From Phyllobates terribilis (lineage: Eukaryota), in NCBI RefSeq assembly GCF_046119375.1, contig NW_027362763.1, positions 416,020,001 to 416,084,000 on the forward strand: a stretch of 64,000 nucleotides of DNA, read 5' to 3'. A program made the translations under genes and the position numbers. Under the pieces are notes generated by a model. It ran no database searches, was not told the origin of the DNA, and saw only the letters and a program-made list of their open reading frames with translations. Of this stretch, positions 13,706 through 24,784 are shown piece by piece (positions within the stretch are counted from its first letter, which is position 1; the number at the start of each line of letters is the position of its first letter).

Positions 13706-14564
13706 AATCCGCATGCGTTTTTTCTGCCAGGGAGATGCAGAAACGCTCAGGAAAAAATCCGGAGCATTTCTGGCCAGGGACTTGCTGATGTGAAGCGTTC
13801 CTTACATGCATTTCCGCATGCGGGTTGTCAAGCGCTTTCCAAGCTTTTTTAGCATCACTTGGAAAGTGCTTGTCAACTTGGTCACACTATATGAATCCAT
13901 GCAACTGGCATGGATTTATTTAGGGTGACCATAAAGAATGGTAAAAAATAAAAAATAAATATCATACTTACCTTCTGATGGCCCCCGGTGTCTTTATTTG
14001 ATGCGTCCTGGCTTGCCGGCAGCTCGCAGTACACTGAAGGACCTGCCGACGTCAGCGGTCGCGTGACCCGTCACATGACTAAATGACGCCATGGCCGTTC
14101 CATTTCAGGCCATTGCGAGTTGCCGGCAAGCTGAGACGCATCGCTAAGGACACTGGGGGCCATTTGAAGGTAAGTATAATATTTATTTTTTATTTTATTC
14201 TTTTTTTACAGGTTCTATGGTACCCGGGTCCGGAGGAGAGTCTCCTCTTCTCCAGACCCGGGTACCATCCACACATTGAAACGCATGGATTCAGCATGTA
14301 CAGATCCAGTGATGCGGATTCCATGCGTTCCAATGCAAGTCAATGGCGGCGAAAACGCAGCGCTTCCACAAAATAATTGGTAATGCTGCGGAAATTTCTG
14401 CTGCGGATTATCATTGCGGAAAAATCCGCAGCATTACCAATAATCAGCACATGCGGATTATCATTGGGGAACATGGCAGGCCTTCTACCAAGCATTTTTA
14501 AGCGTTTCTGCAGCGCAATTGCCGCTGCGGAAACGCTTAAAAAACGCATAGTGGGCACACAGCC
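13706..14564. mobile_element. Harbinger-type MITE, ~0.9-kb family, copy A (left end lost or rearranged)
   Basis: Right terminus ...GTGGGCACACAGCC followed by TTA. Homologous (inverted) to 44781-45696 and to 60894-61704. Confidence 0.8.
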
Positions 14565-15428
14565 TTAGTGTTATGTATACTTTGACAATAATGTAAAGCC
14601 TATGGTGACTCCAGTGAGAGTTTGTCTACTTTAGTACCATGACCTCTGTATACACCCAATCTCTAGTAGATGGGTAATTTATTGCTCTCATTATTTGTTT
14701 AACTGAGAAGACAAGATAGTATGCACAATATAAAATAGAACGCAAAAAGCATTTATTGTAGCTGCTGAAGGGAGAAGAGAAGTAGGGTAAGTCAACAAAG
14801 CATTACTTCCTAAATGACATGCAGGGGGAAAGTGCATTCATGAAAAGGCTTTTAACAATGCAGAGATAAAAAGAATGTGCTCCTCTGGCCATCAGAAACA
14901 GATTCTTGAAGGCACAGGAGTGGGATTTAACTGCGTAATGATTGACTTCTTATCAGAGTGAGAGCTTTTTGAAGTTAGACATGAAGGAGTTCATACCCTG
15001 GCTGTAATGAAGTGCAGGTACTACTACTAGTTATCCATGATGCCACTAAGTGTGTTGTACAAAAGTCACCCTGTGCTTATTATTCTAAGTTTTACAAATT
15101 TGCGGAACTGAGAAAGAAGAAAAAGTCTTTAAGTCATTCTGGCCTGTAATTCTGACAATTTACTTTCTTTTTTTATTTTTTTCACACATTTCATTTTTAC
15201 ATTGTAAAATGTAGGAAATTTAACATTTGAAAGTACAAGTGGCAAAATCTGGTGCTCTCCAGAGAAACCATAGGTATAAAACTGTATGAAGAAGCATCCA
15301 CTGAGTGCTAGAGAGGCGTAGGCTCCAATTCATTAAATCTTTAACACTGGAATTCTAGCTTAAAAAGCTTTGAAAATGCACATAATTTTGGTAAAATACG
15401 AGGCTGCGCTAAAATTTTGTGATTATTA

Positions 15429-15627
15429 GGGTCTAGTCAGGCGGCCGTATCACACGGACGACGATCACATTTCAATGCTCGGACTGGCCGATGGCTCTCC
15501 AGACCCGAGATTGATTGCATATACTGTAATTCTATGCAGCTGTCACACTCGGGTCAGGGGAGCTGCTGGCCAGTCCGTGCACTGGGATGCGATTGTCACC
15601 CAGTGTCTCGGCCGCCTTACTGTGTCC
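15429..15627. mobile_element. Palindromic Harbinger/Tourist-like MITE
   Basis: TTA on both sides (15426-15428, 15628-15630) and inverted arms. Reverse-orientation relative of 10962-11152. Confidence 0.75.
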
Positions 15628-15774
15628 TTAGTGGAATGCCGCTATTTTTGCACAGCTCTTATAAAGTGGACGGATCTTGTGCTAGTCAAATTTATGACGA
15701 GCGACGGCATCCCTGACTGGAGTAAGATTTGTTATGAGGCGTACACTGAGGCGCATGTCACTTTTCAGACGCGT

Positions 15775-15812
15775 CTGATTCATTAAGAGACATGTGTCTC
15801 TTAATGAATCAG
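15775..15812. repeat. Perfect 18-bp inverted repeat with a 2-nt spacer
   Basis: CTGATTCATTAAGAGACA-TG-TGTCTCTTAATGAATCAG; probably part of a MITE remnant. Confidence 0.85.
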
Positions 15813-16165
15813 GAGCATCTGACTCCAGCATCCATCAAGACTGATATGAAAAACACTGTTCCTGATTAATTTGAGCCATAGTGTCAATGCATCAATTAAT
15901 AAGTGCTTATATGGCAAGAATTTACCAAATTCCACTAGAAATAACCTTAAAGCTACCTTCTCATATTTTTGGAGGTATCTTTTTGTCTGAAAAAGCATGT
16001 AAAAACAGGAACATTTTAGCATTTTTTGCAACGGTTTTTGGTGCAAAAGCAATTTGATCTATAACTTACCATTTTGGTTGATTTTTCTATAGTTGAGTTT
16101 TTAAAATTACAAGTAACGAGATTCATATATCATATATTCCCTAAATTCTTCTTAGAATCAAAATA

Positions 16166-16607
16166 GTGTGTACAATTTGGGGCTCCAGTATACAAGAAGG
16201 ACATAGCTGAACTTGAATGGGTGCAGAGAAGAGCGACCAAGGTTATCCTTGTAAATTGTGAGCACTTGCGGGCAGGGTCCGCGCTCCTCCTGTACCAGTC
16301 GCTGACTCGTTTTTGCTCAAGATTACTGTAATTGTTTTTTGCTATGTATACTCCTTTTCACATGTAAAGCACCATGGAATAAATGGCGCTATGATAATAA
16401 ATAATAATAATAAATGCAATGGGTTAACAGCAATACCAAGATAGATAATTATCAAACCTGGGGTTATTTAGTTTGGAAAAATGAAGGCTTAGGGACAATC
16501 TTAATATATTGCACAAATATATGAGGGGGCATTACAGAGATCTGTATAATGATAATTTTACACCTAGGCATGCGACGGGAACAAGGGTGCATCCTCTACG
16601 TCTAAAG
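16166..16607 (+). mobile_element. CR1 LINE ORF2 C-terminal fragment, interrupted by an L2 tail and cut by a hAT end
   Basis: Decayed translation: VQFGAPVYKKDIAELEWVQRRATKV...LGLFSLEK.RLR...HPLRL. Confidence 0.8.
16247..16413 (+). mobile_element. L2-type LINE/SINE 3' tail
   Basis: tgtaaagcaccatggaataaatggcgctat followed by an (AAT)n tail, inside the CR1 fragment. Confidence 0.7.
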
Positions 16608-17360
16608 CAGAGGTGGGGAACCTCCGGCCCGCAGGATGCATGTGGCCCGCGATGACCTTTTCTGTGGCCCCTGGGCAGAGTCCCAAGCACTGCAGTGCTC
16701 GGGCCAGCAGACGCATTTTGCCCTTTAAACCTCCACTTGCACTGCGAGCACATGCACGCAGCGTCCACTACTGAACATGCGCATGCATTGAAGGATTACA
16801 TCCTCATGGATGTACTTTGTGGGCGAAATTAGCGTGCAATGTGTTCCCGTCCCACAGGTGAAGAGAGCATCTATAATATAATCGTACAAGCTTCCCTCTG
16901 TCTGAAGCCTCTATAGACTACGCAAGCGCGACATGCCGGCGCAGTCTGGCTCCAGACAGAAGAACGCATGGAGCAGTTACAGGTAAGATGAGTGTATGGC
17001 GCCGGAGATCGCAGTATGCGCAGACACTGAACGCATACCGTGATCTCCGGCGCCATGCTTACCTGACCAGGAGGAGCGTTGCCGCGGCGCCTCTCTTCTC
17101 GCCGGAGACTGGGGCAGGAGTGAAAGCGTTGTAATCGGCACATGCACATAGCGCTATCCAGCACCATTTTACTGAAGACACATTTGCAGTGTGTCTTCAG
17201 CAAAATGGCGCCGGACAGCCGGTATGGGCACGCGCTTACTCCGGCGCCACACTCCTCCCCGGCCTCCAGCAGAACAGGACACAGCAGTGCTGGAGCACAG
17301 GGACGAAAGTTGAGTATAAGTGTTTTTTTTTTGTATGTGTGCAGCGTGAAAGGGATGAGG
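16608..17360 (+). mobile_element. Left end of a non-autonomous hAT/Charlie-like element leading into a minisatellite; right end not found
   Basis: Terminus CAGAGGTGGGGAACCTCCGGCCCGC is preceded by GTCTAAAG, close to the Charlie NTCTAGAN target consensus. Confidence 0.6.
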
Positions 17361-19320
17361 GGGCCACACATACCAGGATTGGGGGGTGAGGGGGGCACAC
17401 ATATCAGAATTGGGGGGTGATGGGGCCACACATACCAGGATTAGGGGATGAGGGGGCCACACATACCAGGATTGGGGGATGAGGGGGCCACACATACCAG
17501 GATTGGGGGATGAGGGGTACCATACATACCAGGATTGAGGGGTGAGGGGTACCATGCATACCAGGATTGGGGGTGAGGGGACCATGCATACCAGGATTGG
17601 GGATGAGGGGTGCCATGCATACCAGGATTGGGGATGAGGGGTGCCATGCAAACCAGGATTGGGGGGTGAGGGGTGTCATTCATACCAGGATTGGGGATGA
17701 GGGGTGCCATGCATACCAGGATTTGGGATGAGGGGTGCCATGCATACCAGGATTGGGGATGAGGGGTGTCATGCATACCAGGATTGGGGATGAGGGGTGC
17801 CATGCAAACCAGGATTGAGGATGAAGAGTGCCATGCATATCAGGATTGGGGATGAGGAGTGCCATGCATACCAGGATTGGGGATGAGGGGTGCCATGCAA
17901 ACCAGGATTGGGGATGAGGGGTGCCATGCATACCAGGATTGGGGATGAGGGGTGCCATGCATACCAGGATTGGGGATGAGGGGTGCCATGCATACCAGGA
18001 TTGGGGATGAGGGGTGCCATGCATACCAGGTTTGGGGGTGAGGGGTGCCATGCATACCAGGATTGGGTATGAGGGGTGCCATGCATACCAGGATTGGGGA
18101 TGAGGGGTGCCATGCATACCAGGATTGGGGATGAGGGGTGCCATGCAAACCAGGATTGAGGATGAAGAGTGCCATGCATATCAGGATTGGGGATGAGGAG
18201 TGCCATGCATACCAGGATTGGGGATGAGGGGTGCCATGCAAACCAGGATTGGGGATGAGGGGTGCCATGCATACCAGGATTGGGGATGAGGGGTGCCATG
18301 CATACCAGGATTGGGGATGAGGGGTGCCATGCATACCAGGATTGGGGATGAGGGGTGCCATGCATACCAGGATTGGGGGTGAGGGGTGCCATGCATACCA
18401 GGATTGGGGATGAGGGGTGCCATGCATACCAGGATTGGGGATGAGGGGTGCCATGCATACCAGGATTGGGGATGAGGGGTGCCATGCATACCAGGATTTG
18501 GAATGAGGGGTGGCATGCATACCAGGATAGGGATGAGGGGTACTATGCATACCAGGATAGGGATCTGGGGGGCCATGCACACCAGGATTTGGATGAGGGG
18601 CCATGCATACGACGATAGGGATGAGGGTTACCATGTATACCAGGATAGGGATGAGGGGTACCATGCATACCAGGATGAGGGATGGGGTGGCATGCATACC
18701 AGGATAGGGATGAGGGGTACCATACATACCAGGATGAGGGGTACCATACATACCAGGTTAGGGATGAGGGGTACCATGCATACCAGGATGAGGGATGAGG
18801 TGCCATGCATACCAGGATAGGGATGAGGGGTACCATGCATACCAGGATGAGGGGTACCATACATACCAGGATAGGGAAGAGGGATGGGGTACCATGCATA
18901 CCAGGATTGGGTATGAGGGAGCCATGCATACCAGGATGAGGGGTGCCATGCATGCCAGGATTGGGATGAGGGGTGCCATATATACCAGGATTGGGGATGA
19001 GGGGTGCCATGCATACCAGGATTGGGGGTGAGGGGTGCCATGCAAACAGGATTGTTGGTGAGGGGGCCATACATACCAGGATTGGGGGTGAGGGGTGCCA
19101 TGCATACCAGGATTGGGGATGAAGGGTGCCATGCATACCAGGATAGTGGTGAGGGGTGCCATGCATACCAGGATTGGGAGTGAGGGGTGCCATGCATACC
19201 AGGATTGGGGATGAGGGGTGCCATGCATACCAGGATAGGGATGAGGGCAGCACATAACATGATGGGGGCAGCACAAATACCAGGATGGGGGCAGCACATA
19301 CCAGCATGGGAGACCATATA
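17360..19320. repeat. 31-32 bp G-rich minisatellite array (~60 units)
   Basis: Unit ggattggggatgaggggtgccatgcatacca. The ORF track shows a 31-aa period, equal to 3 units. Confidence 0.95.
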
Positions 19321-19346
19321 CCAATAAAAATTACAAAAAGCAAAAT

Positions 19347-20155
19347 GGGCAGATGCAAAAGTTTGGGCACCCTTGGAGATTTGTGTGCTCAGATAACTTT
19401 GACCAATATTTCAGACCTTAATTAGCCTGTTAGGGTTATGGTTTGGTCACTATTATCATTAGAAAAATCCAGGTGATACAAATTTCCCAGCTTTATAAAA
19501 ACCCAGCATCCTTTAACCTTGTGCCAAAAAACAACATCCATAGGTTCTTTTAAGCAGCTGCCTAGCTCTATGAAAATGAAAATGGTGGAGGCCCACAAAA
19601 CAGGAGAAGGCTGTAAGAACATAGCAAAGCATTTTGAAATAATTAAGAAATGGCAGGAACACTGGAGGTAAAGATAAGGTCTGGAAGACAAAGCAAAATT
19701 TCAGTGAGTGTTGCTCGTAGGATTGCTAGAGAGGCAAATCAGAAACTCCGCTTGACTGCAAAAGAACTTCAGACAGATTAGCAGACTCTGGAGTTGTGGT
19801 ACATTGTTCTTCTGCTCAGAGACACGTGCACAAATATGGCCTTCATGGAAGAGTCATCAGAAGAGAACCTTTCCTGTGTCCTCACCATAAAATTCAGCGT
19901 CATAAGTATGCAAAGGAATATCTAGACAAGCCTGATGCGTTTTGGAAACAAGTCCTGTGGGCCGATGAGGTTAAAATAGAACTTTTTGGCCACAATGATC
20001 AAAGGTATGTGTGGAAAAAAATTGGCACAGAATGTCAGGAAAATCTCTCCAACCATTAAGCATGGGGGTGGATCAATCATGCTTTGGGGTTGTGTTGCAG
20101 CCAATGGCACAGGGAATATTTCACAGGTAGAGGGAAGAATGTATTCAATGAAATA
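19347..20155 (+). mobile_element. Tc1 element, 5' half (3' truncated)
   Basis: TIR-like gcagatgcaaaagtttgggcac, then transposase pieces: HKYGLHGRVIRREPFL..FWKQVLWADEVKIELFG..HGGGSIMLWGC. Confidence 0.88.
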
Positions 20156-21041
20156 ATAGCTGTTATCAATGTCGGCGGCGAGAAGTGGATGTGTAGTAGT
20201 AGACAAAAACAGAAAAAAAACCTCTCTAAAATTCTGCTTTATTATTATGCTATATTAAAATGCTAGTTACTCACAGCTCACAAAAACATTAATTCACTAA
20301 ATTACCAGGGGAATTTAATGTATTTAAAGGTCCCTAGAAGGAATCCTATTCTTACCCCTGCCTGTGAGCAGAGGTTGGCACCCTAATGTGTAGTCAACAT
20401 GGCGCCACCCGCTGAACGTAGGCTGACCTTACTGGTCTTTAGTAATCCCTATATCCTCAATTGGGCGTGAACAAAAACATATATATATATACCTCGTGGT
20501 ATCATTCCACTAGGTGCCAACTCAGACTCAATAGAATTGTGTAAAAAATACCCTTAATATAATGATGCTAGACAGGTAATTTTTAGAAAAAAGTGGGAGA
20601 AAAGGAAGATAACTCTCTTGGGCCTTGATACACCCCTATACGTGCCCCTACCTGTCAGCGGAGGTTGACACCCTAATTTTTATTGGCATCCCTGCCATTT
20701 GTCAGCTGATCCTATTAATCCCTACAAGGCCCTAAATAAAAAAAAGGGAGCCAGTCAGATAAAGTAAGAAAAAAAGGGTTAAATGCTAGTCGTGGCACTA
20801 CATCACTAATGCAACTCCATAAATTAAAGACGCCCAAGTATCATGGTATCTAAGAGATTAATCGTTCAAGTATACTGGCCTCAAAGACCATAATAATAAT
20901 AAAGAATAATTTTGGAGTTTTTTTTTTCTGTTTTTGTCTACTGATTAAGAACCCCTTGATTTATCTACTTTGGTTTTTCTGCGGATGTGTAGTTCCAAGC
21001 CTCGGTCACTATCAGAAGACAGCCAGCTCTGCAAGTGAGTA

Positions 21042-22058
21042 TGACTCACTCCCTGGGCCGTGGGGCACCCGGAACCGGGCTTCTGTGCGATGCTGGGGGT
21101 AGTAGTGGCAACCCGATCCCGAGGCTCAGGGTGGTCAGACCAAATTGTGTGGCAGTCTGTTTATAGATTTGGGAATGTCTGACTATGCCACCCGTGGATT
21201 GCGGTCAGAGATAACCGCCGCTGCGAGGCAGACCACTGAGGCTGGTGTTGGTGTGCAGCACAGGGGTAGGACAACTCCCCATGGGAAGAGTGTAGCCTCA
21301 GGGCAGTGTAGGTGAATGCTGGGGGTGATAGTGCAGGCCGCAATAGTAAGAGTTCAGAGTCCGCTTCAAACAGTCCAGGTTCTTTATTGCAGATGTTATT
21401 ACTGACCCAACAGGAGTACCGGTTAGGAATGGGCCTGGGTATCTGAGAGCATTCGGGCGAGCCCCACTGGTCAGGGTGAGTGTGTAGGCCTACCGTCCTC
21501 TCTCTGTGCTCTTGCTGACTATCCCCCTTTTCGTGGTGTAATAGCCCACGTCCCTGAGCTGGCCGTGTACTTTCCCTGTATGGCTTGCGACTCGGGCCTT
21601 GGGTGCCTTTTGCTTCTCCTTGCTGTACTGGTCCCTCTGTGTGGCGGAGCCTCCAGGCTTCTTAGGCCAAGGGACCTGAAATCCCTCGCGGGTTGGTTCT
21701 CTGCTGCTGGGCTTGCAACCCTGACAGCCTCGGACCCCAATGTCCGGTTGTGTACTTCTCTCAGCCAGGACCGGCTCTCGTCGCCTCTGTCCCTGGCTCG
21801 CAGTCTCTCCTCTGCCTCACGGACTCCTCAGCTGCTGCTGACCTGTCCCTCTTCTCTGAGAACCCTTCTGGACACTTCAGAAGTGGGTTCTGGTCTCTCT
21901 AACCCTGCCCCAGTTCCAGCTTTTATAGGGGCAGCCTGCTCCCCCTACTGGCCTGGGACAGGAGGTGCTGCATGCTAATGGTCCCTGACCAGGGAACCTC
22001 CCTCCTGCTCTCAGACACAGCCTTTAATATTTGTGGCATCCAGGCCTGGGGTGACACA
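21042..22058 (-). mobile_element. Solo LTR (1017 bp) of a Gypsy lineage structurally related to element A
   Basis: On the minus strand it runs TGTGTCACCCC...GAGTCA. 4-bp TSD AGTA at 21038-21041 and 22059-22062. AATAAA on the minus strand at about 21383-21388. Confidence 0.85.
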
Positions 22059-22177
22059 AGTACGTCCGGCCACAGCCGCCAATAACAGCTGGGTGCCGAC
22101 TAAAAAAAACGCTATTGAGGAAGACACCCCAAGAAGAGTGAGTAGTTTTAAAGATGTACTTTATGTTGTATAAGTAA

Positions 22178-22248
22178 GGCCTAATTCATACATAAATTTT
22201 TTGGTCAGTGTTTCATCAGTATTTTAAAGTCAAAACCAGGAGTGGCTC
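22178..22248. mobile_element. Left arm of a palindromic Harbinger-type MITE split by Gypsy A (right arm 34315-34437)
   Basis: TIR GGCCTAATT / AATTAGGCC. The arm ttttggtcagtgtttcatcagt..aaaaccaggagtgg is mirrored at 34352-34412. Flanks are TAA and TTA. Confidence 0.85.
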
Positions 22249-23302
22249 TTTGGCACCCTGCTGCGCACAGGTACCACAGGACCCGGGGTGCATGGACGGA
22301 CTTCTCCACAAGAGGCCCTCATTACATACAAACACCTCCACCCTTCCACCTCACACCACCAGAGGGAGTCCGGATAGGGATATATATATGGAGGGTGGAG
22401 CCACACAGCTCAGTTTGTTGTGAGTCAGACAGAGAGAGAGTCTGAGAGCGTGCTGACGCTGAGAACAGCGAACACGCAGCGCATCTGCTGCTGGGTTCTG
22501 AGGGCCCTGAGTGTGGCCAAAGGCAAGAGGAGAAAGGAGAGAGGAGTTGAGGGGGCAGAGGAGCATCATAGGCTCACCCCGATATAGAAACCGGACACCG
22601 GGTCCGCGCCTACAGAGTCCCTTTATACCCAGAAAGGATCACCGGCATTCCAGGAGGACTACAAGTCCCTGGACGACCTGAAGTTAGACCCATTACAGGA
22701 CCAGGAACCACAAGGCCCCAGCGTCCAGGGAGAGTGGTTACCAGCAGAAGGTCCTACTACCGAGCGACAGGTGAAGGAACAGCACGACACATAAGCTAGG
22801 CCCAGTTGCAGGCTGGCCAGTAGCATACAGAGAGGCAGACACGGACCAGGAGGCCTTATACCCGCTCACTGGGGAGAAGTCCTGAAGTGCAGCCACCCTA
22901 CTGAGTACCCTGGACCGTACCTGACATCCGCACCAGTAAAGGTATTGAAGCGAATCCCCTGTCTCTGTCAGTTACTCCTGCTACACCATCCCGCCTGCAC
23001 TACAAGCCCCAGCATCACCACCATCAAACTCCACACTGCCCTGGGGGCCTGCTCCACCTGTGGGGAGCAGAAACACCTCAGCTGCCATCCCATCACCCCC
23101 CGGAGGTCTGCAGCAGCGCTGGTAAAAACCTTACCAGGTACCACAGGTGTTGTCACGAACTTTATAACCCCCCCCTATAAATAAAACCCCCCCTTTTTAT
23201 TGACCACCCTGGGTCATGGACCGCGCCAGCCACCGTGATATCCCCCACCAGCATCCATAGGCCCGGCTGCCGAGTAACCCCCACGGCCCAGGGGGCGCGT
23301 CA
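22249..23302 (+). repeat. 5' LTR of Gypsy A (1054 bp)
   Basis: Homologous to 33368-34314. Start TTTGGCACCC (family start TGTGGCACCC), end GGGGGCGCGTCA. TATA-like GATATATATAT at ~22379 and AGTAAA at ~22936. Confidence 0.9.
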
Positions 23303-23307
23303 ACTTC

Positions 23308-23325
23308 TGGCGTCACGAACAGGAT
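23308..23325 (+). other. Primer-binding site of Gypsy A (tRNA-Ser type)
   Basis: TGGCGTCACGAACAGGAT, 5 nt after the LTR. It is complementary to the 3' end (..ATCCTGTTCGTGACG-CCA) of vertebrate tRNA-Ser(CGA) as I recall it; not database-checked. Confidence 0.8.
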
Positions 23326-23716
23326 TTCGTGTCCGTTGCAACGAACAGGATTCTGTGCCCGTTGCCATCGGGTACTGTGCGCCTTAAAAGACTGTAACAC
23401 TTACTGTGGTGAAGATTTCCCCCATTCCCGAGGTTTCCCGCCATTTTCCTGTCGCCGTGCAGGAAGAAGAGGGGCGTAACCGTGGGAATCGGAGAGGCGT
23501 AACCGCTGGAAGCGCGCGAAGCCCAGGCCCCGCCTCGCGCCTTGACGCTGAACCAGGAAGCGTCAGGTCCTAGAAGGAGACCGTTGTCAAGCGCACGCTC
23601 TGACGTCAGCCGCGAGCGAGACGCAAGGTCCTGGAAGGAGACCGTCGCCTGCGGAGATGCGGCCTACCCGATCAAAGTAAAGAAGGTAGGCTACAGTTTA
23701 CCAGGGGGGCGCAACC

Positions 23717-24784
23717 ATGGCCGACGACCAGCAAGCCGCCGGAGCACCGGTTAACGCTCCTGATGCCCAACTTGTGCCCGGCGCTGCACAGGCCGGAGTG
23801 GCCGCCCCACCAGCAGGGGTCGTGACTCCGTTGATACCTATGGCCCTTCCGTATATCCCTGGAGTGAAATGGCTTCCCCAGTATGATGGCAGACCAGACA
23901 CCCTGTCTGGGTTCAAGAGAAAAATATGCGGTGTACTGGATATGTATTCTATGATTGGTAAGCAGAGAGCCACTGTTGTGCTGGGACAATTGACTGGTGC
24001 TGCAGAGCGGGAAGTTGAAACCTGGCCAGCCGCAGACCAGGAATCAGTATCCATTATCTTTAAGAGACTGCAAACTGTGTTTGAAAACCGCACTGAGACA
24101 GATCTCCGGATGAGGTTCTACCACTGTGCCCAGAAACCTGAGGACAGTATCCGGGACTACGCCTGGCGCTTACAGGAAGCCCTGCGGGCCCTGAAACAGG
24201 TTAGTCCAGCCAGCATACAAGATGAGAATAAAATGCTGATGGAACAGTTCATCCGGGGGTGGAGGTCCCAGGAGGAGAGCAGAACTGTACGGTGGTGGGC
24301 TTTAGATCATCCAGATGCCACCTTTTACACCCTTAAGGACATGGCTATAAAGGGTCTGCAGCCCCTGGAAACAACAGATACTGCTATCCAGCGTTACCAG
24401 GGTGGGGCCACCCCAGTGCCCGCAGCACCCACTGCTCCTTCATTAACGGCTGAAACAAAGATGCAAACAGTGTCCCCTAGCGAGCTGGACAGCCTGCGCT
24501 CGAAAGTGAGTCAGCTAAGCAAAACTCTGACCACTGTCCTGAGCGCCCTACAGCTACGGATGGAGCCCGAGATGGAAGGAAGGATCCTGCTAGCTGACAG
24601 CCCTGAGGATGTCCCCTGGATGAGGAGAAGAAGGAAGGCGACGCCACCCCGTGGGAGGACCAGCGACCAACTCCGCCCGCCAAAGGAACTCATCTGCTAC
24701 CGTTGCCACAAGGCAGGCCACGCTGCCCGGACCTGCCCTTTAAACGAGAAAACCCTGGGGCCGAGGGCAGACACCCAGGAGTAG
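23717..24784 (+). CDS. gag: Gag of Gypsy A (PNMA-like capsid plus CCHC zinc knuckle), 355 aa
   Basis: Uninterrupted ORF downstream of the PBS, with a capsid-like region (QKPEDSIRDYAWRL) and the knuckle CYRCHKAGHAARTC. Confidence 0.85.
   Translation: MADDQQAAGAPVNAPDAQLVPGAAQAGVAAPPAGVVTPLIPMALPYIPGVKWLPQYDGRPDTLSGFKRKICGVLDMYSMIGKQRATVVLGQLTGAAEREVETWPAADQESVSIIFKRLQTVFENRTETDLRMRFYHCAQKPEDSIRDYAWRLQEALRALKQVSPASIQDENKMLMEQFIRGWRSQEESRTVRWWALDHPDATFYTLKDMAIKGLQPLETTDTAIQRYQGGATPVPAAPTAPSLTAETKMQTVSPSELDSLRSKVSQLSKTLTTVLSALQLRMEPEMEGRILLADSPEDVPWMRRRRKATPPRGRTSDQLRPPKELICYRCHKAGHAARTCPLNEKTLGPRADTQE

Noticed and set aside
17169-19370. Long Pro/His/Trp-rich ORFs and a regular repeat that could be taken for a gene or a CRISPR array
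   Set aside because: The ORFs are translations of a 31-bp tandem unit. Units are contiguous with no unique spacers, and there are no cas genes.
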